From: Candidatus Poseidoniales archaeon
GTDB taxonomy: Archaea; Thermoplasmatota; Poseidoniia; Poseidoniales; Poseidoniaceae
Length of the DNA: 64,000 nt
Direction: 5' to 3'
Assembly (NCBI GenBank): GCA_009887135.1
Contig: QXYA01000095.1
Location: 1,414-65,413 of the forward strand
Shown here: positions 47,701 through 53,427 of the stretch, piece by piece
How the letters are laid out: each line of letters opens with the position of its first letter
Numbering within the stretch: position 1 is the stretch's first letter
Program-made: the position numbers and the translations under genes
The notes under the pieces: model-generated
Database searches by the model: none
What the model was told of the DNA's origin: nothing
The model's input: only the letters and a program-made list of their open reading frames with translations

Positions 47701-47966
47701 AATGAAATCAAGATTCGGCTATCGCTTGTTCCTGAAACACCTAGCAATCCAGTGTCATCGCTGGAAAAGTCATCGTTTGGAAAATCTGAATCGATGTATG
47801 TGTCTGTTGTAGGATTAAGGGTCGAAGTAACATGGAGAACCGTTTGCTCCTCCTCAAGTTGTTCGGGAGCAGGGAAGGCTGATGGGACGAACACATCGGC
47901 GAGTAAAAACATCAAAACCATGATTATGGCTGCTGAAAGATTTCGGGGATTGGTGGTAGTTCTCAT
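38784..47966 (-). CDS. Giant surface protein (3060 aa): ~7 DNRLRE/disaggregatase-related-like domains alternating with FN3-like linkers, Ig-like stalk, TM, acidic/Pro-Gly/Trp-rich tail
   Basis: Repeated D-(T/S/A)-Y-I...N-Y-G starts, W-x-E..TW cores and RP-x-L ends; DQFGN Ig motifs; TM VGAVLIGLIAVVLLVLLVMAL. Confidence 0.85.
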   Translation of the reverse strand: MRTTTNPRNLSAAIIMVLMFLLADVFVPSAFPAPEQLEEEQTVLHVTSTLNPTTDTYIDSDFPNDDFSSDDTGLLGVSGTSDSRILISFPLNYASTDTIHSSRVDLVCSSSDASNGLAVYPAATSASWNESATWNSRNGVLAWAQPGVDGTADRDGWEPFHLTAPLNIGGGSSTVELNVTALTQAAVASSQSSLDLVISAHEAQYDCELNETLNVANRPAMIVDSSASTAGTGGQITPDFVSDGAPLMTGDFILSADLNPSMTWNAFSGILAEVQVSLDSSFKSTEDDYAWLYNSDIHTSLFTLAGTTGSLAIPSSAAFENGTYMHYRMRSMDTTGILGSWETGSFFLPEHDIIDNGDGTATIAVDINDLSTDLNFIEDAVADENNKNTNYGSSTTLDATLSSNKETIPHFRLAFDALGMHSNATILEASLNLTRSTSSGSATLALHEMDNDDAWNEDELTWLRKKTSQLWRSGGRGLISHATDTGIFGSQISDDFSFDLTPTLQQHLDNGNTGVIDLAMTTRSENGAYSANAGIDSVTFYSSDATSESDKPYLYITYEWGTPVTVAPSLTSPYDGETLWNQSGHNFTGNTTPTLTWSASTSGSYDMIFELSTDGQYHDRIAYVDTRVDSDFLPSDGDFSFTGANSLEAGHMYNWRMLHIDSDGRHGDWTYSTFLISNMDSTWLGGDRYEFRLKQGNASSDGLHPACADSYIDSGMPSSNYGQETELQVSYNTIPSETTILFGCDLSSTFLPNGYAVESANLEVYLSDFPFGSPVVGAWESTQHNWTEDGATWATYDGSNTWGTVGAKGSERSSLLDSVSIGSGFTSSSSVTWNVTLAMQNAMRDNHSADFILGIIGAGSGQIRDALFHTGSAVDAKRPELSFVYVPGSNAIPVEPVPVNPLNGSWSIQPGINPEPVLRPMLNWTHSSAISVGGYAVQVDTTDAFDSSDMSIETSWSNAGFDVNGKTFTPQNDLTVGETWYWRVRTISTTNQLGNWSQTFHFNIPSLTTWNLSSTSAAVEIRHAEAMPDLGLPHFIDTWLAEGGIEGQQNHSTSTSMKVGELGSGYQSTALLKIPLDQIPSPSNARVTNAELNLWALVGSDTNTEIAVRPVLQTWTTDLNNSTYDGTNSWTLDGGRSIGNDVGQLSDLSTSASADWMDWDVTELVQAALANGDSYLSVALMTSDSSDSLITFASTEGLLTQRPWLNLTWTEGTSTIPTVAGANTLPADGDMSWNLSTHVPEPDTRPVLSWTHSNSANIDDWKVFLQNDASDIMEGFTTYDSRVDSSMFDLQSLTFQPSTDLSTNQSVRWFVQPVNNSMLGPRSTSSVFHIPHDIGQEINSTWGYLNISEGGFLPSLNEPSGFIQDIGLDSGSPNQDLSGDSVLSIGRSSFTTSTSARSSVLFSIDISKLPLGNSFEVMSAELYLATESGSNGEVWISQSKVLTSFDADANWNNATSSTTWNAPGAYHSTDTSVPMNGAGLVDSEDSMIFGNITEVIQQALAQGVNTIHILVQPEENFSSVDGRMDFFSSDEASTSLRPSLNLTYRASNPYVASSPSNLLPVDSSTLWNMSAPRPAGVDHVNHSWTPPSSNETGYQICSASDARMIYDLACILSTDTTSLSESNLTWDPSTTTLANTNATSGDEWQYWRVLSYQLIEDYYRIGEYSQVNKYRIPDAQGYDDGLGNHTVNLSSGSIFTSTGLLPAAPDTYTSSSSFNSNYGSSASLLLGSGTSGDHEVYIEYDLSQMPWPSAITPTSVMLRMYRTQVTGVSPITVSAHACSTFNEGFVTALQSPTCSTTEVTRSTLSVTPPNGWLEWDITSLAQSNIANGNLSMTIKLSAVGTASSLHSFHSGESSSIALRPVLRVDYVDNIAGVIPPAQPVLISPVDGTVLYNTTTTLLEPLDKPTLSWNPVTGATGYIVTIRDSSGQYNFKSGISSQITGTNFVFSSSLSPGSTFEWWVQAVNGSIPGPSSSRWIVGIGDPATQDNFDHTWTYEFQTGNEIQEMAHTNVEDASVYSGTADANLDGDSSMIGIDSGQDEYRMLVSTDFGQIPFNPNMNVHSVDLSLYLTDLDFGAGATGMTLSVHKVLTTGWGETSVTWNGTGAATWGAPGLQPGVDYDSTPLDTFFVSNSQATNQWVQMSLGHRSLFIDGTHGWVIIATVNQGWMTVEFADNSDSTSNLRPLMQMNYTDIDSVTISPTATTTDADTSVTFSASTFDYNSLVATVPIVWSASSGQIDASTGVYTPSTTGVHTITACFGVICADETVTVTPGAPVNLIVTPLTATITADDTLQLTADVVDQFGNIVSGESISFTPSNGSMIGTFGDVFQPYSTGGQTVSVTWTTITVIVNVQVELGAPSEIVLVGCEGVTPAGTECEITTTLYDQFGNIIPLSEAGALTYSVTDGLYSEATSMYFADQVGTWQFSLTSGIGLSDSITITTGHGAMDSLEIVPSAWDLTADEVIFMNTTRIDIQGNRLPVSLPLANWTFVSDGAVNVTFNHPVQWIPTGLGGRVITAQYETISSSITVNVTKGAMTGMALIVDSADANDQSYSLTADETLQVKAKATDAKGNRWTIDVNWTMSHPSWTDQSVLLYTLSDETEFMPQLASEIPYMINAEYTFGGVVFSESVSATVSEGMLQIFTMSSIASTGDSSTAYNISADQYLDFSVSLSDGDLNPLDASRLTWLFEDLVSGSVIDMTSTFESDAYHWEATSVGSYRVTAFVVNADGFNYSKQVDISVYHGIAVSLEHTLDTLSEDAGESIDIVITGTDSDGNTFPQDVEWTEDGTTSSRIVPRANIGAYTYQASVAGEHVMIYSTPGATNTFELSIQPQMVVAYLEVVLSATTVDQQASIDVTVEAKDMFYNPIPVPSSARVDSTGRGTVKELGPGQWRVTTLDSGGQTITVTAGQVSESLEIEVTGTFGGFFAAGGALYYVGAVLIGLIAVVLLVLLVMALRSGRGDDDWDDDYDEDDEDSAPATRGPSGPAPGTGPSGPSGPAPGTGPSGPAPGTGPSNPPPEAEEKEDTSWMVEHRVDDDGTEWAQNEDETWYYREPGQTDWAVWED
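38941..39036 (-). repeat. Coding tandem repeat (~27-bp units, GPSGPAPGT)
   Basis: ggaccagttccagg(t/c)gcaggaccactc repeated about 3 times with a 9-bp sub-duplication. Confidence 0.85.
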
Positions 47967-48014
47967 GGCGCTCGCTTCGGCTAAGATGTGGAAGGTTATG
48001 ACTGATTCGCTCTA

Positions 48015-48033
48015 CGCCCCCCATAGGGGGGCG
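48015..48033. promoter_or_regulatory. Perfect inverted repeat in a divergent intergenic region
   Basis: CGCCCCCC-ATA-GGGGGGCG. Confidence 0.45.
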
Positions 48034-48095
48034 CTCAATATAGTCAATTCAAATCCAACCGAATGTTGAAGGAGGCTCGGCATTCTCTTGACGAT

Positions 48096-49052
48096 ATGAG
48101 CGAGTTATGGGTTGAGCGCCATCGGCCACAAAGTGTCTCTGAAATACGTGGCCAATCCTCCGTAGTAAGTCGATTAAAGGTCTATGCAGAACACAAAGAA
48201 TTCCCACACTTGCTTTTTGCAGGCCCACCCGGGACAGGAAAGACCACCGCAGCAATGGCACTAACCAAAGACGTCTATGGGAAAAATTTCCGTGACAATC
48301 TTCTTGAAATGAACGCATCCGACGAGAGAGGATTGGATAAAATACGTTCAAAGGTCAAACAATTTGCACGAACTCAGCCATATGGCGATGCGAAATTCAA
48401 AATTATTTTCCTTGATGAATCCGATGCTCTAACAAACGATGCTCAAGGAGCACTTCGCCGTATAATGGAGCAATATGCCGAGACATGTCGATTCATTCTA
48501 TCTTGCAACTATTCTTCAAAGGTGATTGAACCAATTCAATCACGGTGTGCAGTATTTCGATTTCGCCCCCTCGCTGATTCAGATGTACTGGCTCAAGTAA
48601 AGTACGTCGCCAAAGAGGAGAAGGTAACTCTCGAAGATGATGCTGCAGAAGCATTGGCTCGAATTGCCCAAGGTGATTTGAGAAGGGCAATCACTGCCCT
48701 ACAAGTTTCAGCTGCAATCAGCAACACTATTTCCAGATCGGTTGTTTATGAAACATCAGCAACGGCTCCACCTGAAGCATTGCATCAATACATCATGGCA
48801 TGTCGGGAGGATGGATTTCACGTTGCACGAAGAAGGTTACAAGAACTTCTCGACAGATATGGTTTGGCAGGGACTGATTTTGTCGGCCAACTTCATCGAG
48901 AATTATACGGTGTTGATTTTATCTCGGAAACCGACAAATTAGATTTGACTGAGGTCATGGCTGAAGTTGATTATCGTCTTGTTGAGGGCGGTGGCGAGCG
49001 CATACAACTCGATGCTATGACCGCTCGATTGGTATCCATGCTCAAACCCTGA
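48096..49052 (+). CDS. rfcS: Replication factor C small subunit
   Basis: WVERHRP, GPPGTGKT, EMNASDERG, FLDESDALT, SRC; no intein. Confidence 0.96.
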   Translation: MSELWVERHRPQSVSEIRGQSSVVSRLKVYAEHKEFPHLLFAGPPGTGKTTAAMALTKDVYGKNFRDNLLEMNASDERGLDKIRSKVKQFARTQPYGDAKFKIIFLDESDALTNDAQGALRRIMEQYAETCRFILSCNYSSKVIEPIQSRCAVFRFRPLADSDVLAQVKYVAKEEKVTLEDDAAEALARIAQGDLRRAITALQVSAAISNTISRSVVYETSATAPPEALHQYIMACREDGFHVARRRLQELLDRYGLAGTDFVGQLHRELYGVDFISETDKLDLTEVMAEVDYRLVEGGGERIQLDAMTARLVSMLKP

Positions 49053-49056
49053 TTCT

Positions 49057-49121
49057 TTCACTTTCACTTTCACATTTACTGCCTGAAGAAAGTAACAGTA
49101 TCTTTGAACTGACGCAGGAAC
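49057..49121 (+). promoter_or_regulatory. TTTCAC direct-repeat element (copy 2)
   Basis: TTCACTTTCACTTTCACATTTAC...AAAGTAAC...; similar spacing to the next ATG as copy 1. Confidence 0.45.
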
Positions 49122-49298
49122 ATGAACCAATCAACTCGAATCATTTTTGACGCCCTATCTTGGACACCTCTTGCCCCTTTGGTCAGGACATATCGACGTA
49201 AACAAGTCGAAACGATGACAGCGGAATTACGAGTAACAATCGAAATCGATTCGTTGTTCGACCAAATTTTGATGAATCATTCTGATATGCTGTCCTGA
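49122..49298 (+). CDS. Putative small protein (58 aa, absent from ORF track)
   Basis: MNQSTRIIFDALSWTPLAPLVRTYRRKQVETMTAELRVTIEIDSLFDQILMNHSDMLS fills an otherwise empty gap and follows the repeat element. Confidence 0.4.
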   Translation: MNQSTRIIFDALSWTPLAPLVRTYRRKQVETMTAELRVTIEIDSLFDQILMNHSDMLS

Positions 49299-50206
49299 TA
49301 AAATGGGGAGGCGTTGATTATTTCTAGCGTCCAAGTGTAGGTCTGAACATTTTCCCAAGGATCTCCTTCTTCCGTAATCACCACTTTGATTGTATGAGTT
49401 CCTTCGCCCAAATCAGTTCCTAAAAAGATTGCAAAGGGTTGATCTTGGTCTCCATGAGGAGTCAAGTTTGGTGAACTCTTATTCGAGCTTGAAGTACCAT
49501 TCTTAATCGCCTCAGCATTATCATACCAGTATGATTCATTCACTTCCCTAGTTGATACATTTGCTTGATATTCCCGAGTCACTTCAACTGAAGCCCCATC
49601 TGAATTTTTGTTATCCATTAGACCGAATAAAAGCCATGCGTCCCCTTGCAGAGTAGTTGTTCCGTTGGTGTGCCAAGTAAGTGTCGTCCCTTTGGTAGAA
49701 ACATCAAACGGATATTCAATTGCTTCACCATCGTCTGCAATTACAGTCCAAGATTTCGCTAACTCAGGGGCTGCAATATCTCCAAATGGTGGGTTAACAA
49801 GCAAGAAAGATAATGCTAGGAACGTGAAGGTGTGAAGGAACGCAGCCTTGAACCAAGTGCCACCGCCGTAATGCTCAACAAAGCGTTCTGGCATAACTGT
49901 TCGATGAAGAGTCGGAATAAGGAAGATACATGTCAAAGGGAGAATGTACAGAATTTTTGAGTTCTCTGGATCGGTTACGCCCATCAAGACATATCTCATG
50001 AGGAGAGTAACCAAAAGTGCGAATCCTAAAACCAGCCACATCGAGGCCATATCTGCCTTCTCTTTAGCGACGTGCTTTACTGGGTCGAACGGTTCGATTC
50101 CAAGGTTGCGGCCAGTCCGACGTACCTTCTTTTCCTTACCATCTCCTGGCGCTCGTTGTCGACGCTCACCTTGCGCCGCCGTCATCGCTGTGGAGAGGTC
50201 GACCAT
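49277..50206 (-). CDS. Hypothetical membrane protein (3 TM + extracellular beta domain)
   Basis: Hydrophobic segments ending LLVNPPFGD; Thr/Asn-rich C-terminal domain. Confidence 0.7.
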   Translation of the reverse strand: MVDLSTAMTAAQGERRQRAPGDGKEKKVRRTGRNLGIEPFDPVKHVAKEKADMASMWLVLGFALLVTLLMRYVLMGVTDPENSKILYILPLTCIFLIPTLHRTVMPERFVEHYGGGTWFKAAFLHTFTFLALSFLLVNPPFGDIAAPELAKSWTVIADDGEAIEYPFDVSTKGTTLTWHTNGTTTLQGDAWLLFGLMDNKNSDGASVEVTREYQANVSTREVNESYWYDNAEAIKNGTSSSNKSSPNLTPHGDQDQPFAIFLGTDLGEGTHTIKVVITEEGDPWENVQTYTWTLEIINASPFYQDSISE

Positions 50207-50303
50207 ACCCCTGCGGATGAGTGAAAGCGAATGAAGGATGCGGTCAGATTCCTTCGAATACAACCCGCATTATTCAAATGGGGGTTTTCGCAGGCGAGGT
50301 TAG

Positions 50304-50433
50304 GCCGGGGTGGCGTAGTTGGTAGCGCGTCGGACTCATAGGGCAGCCTGAAGGCGATCGTATGACGTGCAAACCCCCTTGTGGTGTCTGAGACATCCGA
50401 AGGTCGCGGGTTCGAGCCCCGCTCCCGGCACCA
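50304..50433 (+). tRNA. tRNA-Met (elongator, CAT) with a 54-nt intron at 37/38 (50341-50394), CCA encoded
   Basis: Acceptor GCCGGGG/TCCCGGC-A-CCA; anticodon stem TCGGA/TCCGA; loop CT-CAT-A; BHB core CTCA/TGAG with 3-nt bulges; T-loop TTCGAGC; mature length 76 nt. Confidence 0.93.
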
Positions 50434-50473
50434 CCATCGTAGCGTTGAAGGGCTTGGCTGTGCAGCAACCATC

Positions 50474-51826
50474 ATGGCTGAAGCACCTTCTGTAGGTTCG
50501 AGAGTAAAACTGCGACTCGAAACGCTCTCTGGAGATACCATTGTAGAAGGCGTCATTTTACCGCCTGCGGTTGAGCAACACGTCACTGTTAAATTACCAA
50601 ATGGCTACAATCTGAGCCATCCACTTACCCAAACGCATGTCATAGAGTCTGAGATAAAGGAAGCTCAGCCTTCTACACAAGCGTCCCAACCGGCTCACAA
50701 TCCGGACCTACCATCCATTCGAATCATCCACACAGGTGGAACAATCGCTTCTAAGGTAGATTATGTTACAGGAGCAGTTACTGCTCAATTCGAGCCCTCT
50801 GAACTAGTACATCACGTTCCTGAATTGCAACGAATTGCAAACATTGACGCTCACAAAATAGGCAATATGTTCAGCGAAGATATTCGCCCAATGCATTGGA
50901 ATCAAATCATCGATGCTACTGAGAAAGCATTCCAACAAGGATGTGATGGGGTCGTCGTCACACATGGGACTGACACACTCCATATCTCATCATCCGCAGT
51001 AGCATATGCATGGTGTGGAGAAGGAAAGAACACACCTGGACGAATTGCTTTTGTTGGGTCCCAACGATCGAGTGACCGTGCTTCATCAGATGCTGCTCAG
51101 AACCTCATCGCAGCAGTAACTTGGGCTGCTCAAGGCCCAACGCCGAACGGGAATCTATCTGATTGTGTCGTCGTTGCCATGCATCGAACAAGTGATGATG
51201 GAGCATGTTCAATTCACGCTGCAACAGGTGTTCGAAAACTCCACTCGAGTCGTCGTGACGCGTTCAGACCGGTAAACACCCAACCACTCGCAACAGTAAC
51301 AATCGATGAAGGGATCATTGAAATTCAACTCAGCGAACATTATCAGAAGAACAGAATGGAACATCCAGTACGTGAAAGAGCAACTGCAGCATCACGATTC
51401 AAACCTGATCTATCGATTCGCCAATTCATGGCTGGACCTTGGTTACTCTCCGCTGAGATTAACGAGGCAATAGAATCGAATGTTGATGCCTTAGTCTTCC
51501 ACGGCACTGGACTTGGTCACGTACCAATCGAAAATCCAAATGAAGATGCACCTCAGAACCTCGAATTACGCTCGTCAATTCAGAAGGCGATTGATAACAA
51601 CATCCCCGTCATGATCGTGAACCAATGCATCCATGGCCCAGTGGATATGAATGTCTACTCCAAAGGAAGAATCCAACAAGAAATAGGCATGTTAGGGCAC
51701 GGAATCACGACATCACCTGAAGCTGCAATTGTAAAGTTACATTATGCCCTCTCAACGGACAAAAATGTCCGCGAAATTCTCGCAACCAATCTCTTTGGAG
51801 AAGAAATCTATCAGATAAGAGATTAA
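50474..51826 (+). CDS. gatD: Glu-tRNA(Gln) amidotransferase subunit D
   Basis: VKLPNGYN N-domain, HTGGTIASKVDY.TGAV, HGTDT, GSQRSSDR, RKLHSSRRDAF; start moved downstream of the tRNA. Confidence 0.94.
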   Translation: MAEAPSVGSRVKLRLETLSGDTIVEGVILPPAVEQHVTVKLPNGYNLSHPLTQTHVIESEIKEAQPSTQASQPAHNPDLPSIRIIHTGGTIASKVDYVTGAVTAQFEPSELVHHVPELQRIANIDAHKIGNMFSEDIRPMHWNQIIDATEKAFQQGCDGVVVTHGTDTLHISSSAVAYAWCGEGKNTPGRIAFVGSQRSSDRASSDAAQNLIAAVTWAAQGPTPNGNLSDCVVVAMHRTSDDGACSIHAATGVRKLHSSRRDAFRPVNTQPLATVTIDEGIIEIQLSEHYQKNRMEHPVRERATAASRFKPDLSIRQFMAGPWLLSAEINEAIESNVDALVFHGTGLGHVPIENPNEDAPQNLELRSSIQKAIDNNIPVMIVNQCIHGPVDMNVYSKGRIQQEIGMLGHGITTSPEAAIVKLHYALSTDKNVREILATNLFGEEIYQIRD

Positions 51827-51864
51827 GCGATTCGATGAAGAACCTCATCGACCCTCATCTGTCC

Positions 51865-53427
51865 ATGGCGACTCCTACTGGTGACCCCGTTAGCGAACTT
51901 CGCTCACGTCGAGAAAGTGCTCGATTAGGGGGCGGATTGAAGGCACAGGAAGCCATCCGAGCAGGAGGAAGAGGAACTGCAAGAGACCGTATCGGGATGC
52001 TATTAGATCCCGATTCATTCATTGAAGTTGATACATTTGTCACGCATCGAACAACTGACCACAATATGTTCCTTCATGAAACACTTGGAGACGGAGTAAT
52101 TACAGGACATGGAACCATTGATGGCCGTAGAGTTCACTGCTTTGCCCAGGACTTCAGCGTTCATGGGGGTTCAATGGGAGAAATGCATGCAAAGAAGATC
52201 GCTAAAGTCGTTGAAATGGCTGAGCGGACAAAAACACCACTCGTATGTGTCTGGGATGGAGGGGGCCAACGTGCTCATGATGGGCTCGATGCACTTGCTG
52301 GAACTGGAGAACTCCTCGATCGACTTGTCCAATGCAGTGGTAGAATTCCAGTCCTCAGCCTTGTCCTTGGACCTGTCGTTGGTGTTTCCGCACTGGCTGC
52401 AAGTCTGTCTGATTTCACAATACTTGGAGAAGAGCATGGGCAGTTATTCCTATCCTCTCCACTCGAAACTCCTGAAGTGCAACAAGGTGAAGTTGACGCA
52501 TCTGGACTTGGAGGCGCATCACTTCATGCGTCAAGGTCGGGAATTGCTTGTTTGGTAGCAGATGACGAAGAAGATGCATGTTTCCTCGTTCACGAGATAC
52601 TATCTTATCTTCCAGACCACAACGATGCTGAACCTCCATTCGTAGCGACTGAAGATCCAATAACCCGTCTCAATGAAGAATTAGAAACACTCGTTCCTGA
52701 CAATCCCAATCGTCCCTATGACATGGTGAAGGTTGTCGAAGAAGTTGTTGATGATGGAGAATTCTTAGAACTCTTCACAAATTACGCAGAAAACATCATC
52801 ATTGGATTCGCTCGACTTAACGGACGTACAATCGGTATTGTCGGCAATCAACCAAATGTTCTCGCAGGCTGCTTAGATATTGACGCATCGATCAAGGCCG
52901 CTCGATTCATTCGCCTATGTGATGCATTCAACATCCCTCTTGTAACGTTCGAAGATGTTCCAGGATTCCTTCCAGGTGTTGTTCAAGAATGGGGTGGAAT
53001 CATTCGACATGGAGCAAAACTCCTCTTCGCCTATGCTGAAGCAACAGTCCCCAAACTTACACTCATCACGAGAAAAGCATACGGTGGAGCCTACTTGGCA
53101 ATGTCATGTAAGCATTTACAGAGTGATTACAATGTCGCTTGGCCAACTGCTGAACTTGCAGTAATGGGGGCAGAAGGAGCGGTTAACATCATTCATCGAA
53201 GAGAAATCAACGCAGTTGAACCAGAACAACAAGAAGACGTTCGTCTTCGACTCGTCGATGAATACAAAGCCAAATTTGGTGATCCATACGTTGCAGCAAG
53301 AAATGGTTGGCTTGATGATGTCATCGAACCTTCAGAAAGCAGATTGCGTCTTTGCAGAGCACTGAATATTCTACGCTCAAAGCGAGAATGGAGCCCACCT
53401 AAGAAACACGGCAACATTCCTCTATGA
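51865..53427 (+). CDS. Acyl-CoA carboxylase carboxyltransferase (PccB-like beta subunit)
   Basis: GDGVITGHG, QDFSVHGGSMG, DVPGFLPG..QEWGGIIRHGAK, RKAYGGAY, KKHGNIPL. Confidence 0.92.
   Translation: MATPTGDPVSELRSRRESARLGGGLKAQEAIRAGGRGTARDRIGMLLDPDSFIEVDTFVTHRTTDHNMFLHETLGDGVITGHGTIDGRRVHCFAQDFSVHGGSMGEMHAKKIAKVVEMAERTKTPLVCVWDGGGQRAHDGLDALAGTGELLDRLVQCSGRIPVLSLVLGPVVGVSALAASLSDFTILGEEHGQLFLSSPLETPEVQQGEVDASGLGGASLHASRSGIACLVADDEEDACFLVHEILSYLPDHNDAEPPFVATEDPITRLNEELETLVPDNPNRPYDMVKVVEEVVDDGEFLELFTNYAENIIIGFARLNGRTIGIVGNQPNVLAGCLDIDASIKAARFIRLCDAFNIPLVTFEDVPGFLPGVVQEWGGIIRHGAKLLFAYAEATVPKLTLITRKAYGGAYLAMSCKHLQSDYNVAWPTAELAVMGAEGAVNIIHRREINAVEPEQQEDVRLRLVDEYKAKFGDPYVAARNGWLDDVIEPSESRLRLCRALNILRSKREWSPPKKHGNIPL

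Noticed and set aside
50304-50433. Assignment as initiator tRNA-Met or tRNA-Ile2(CAT)
   Set aside because: Lacks the A1-U72 pair and the GGG/CCC anticodon stem of initiators; the GCCGGGG acceptor and 37/38 intron fit elongator Met
50381-50473. N-terminal extension of gatD in the ORF track
   Set aside because: Overlaps the tRNA-Met gene; ATG 50474 matches the expected GatD start
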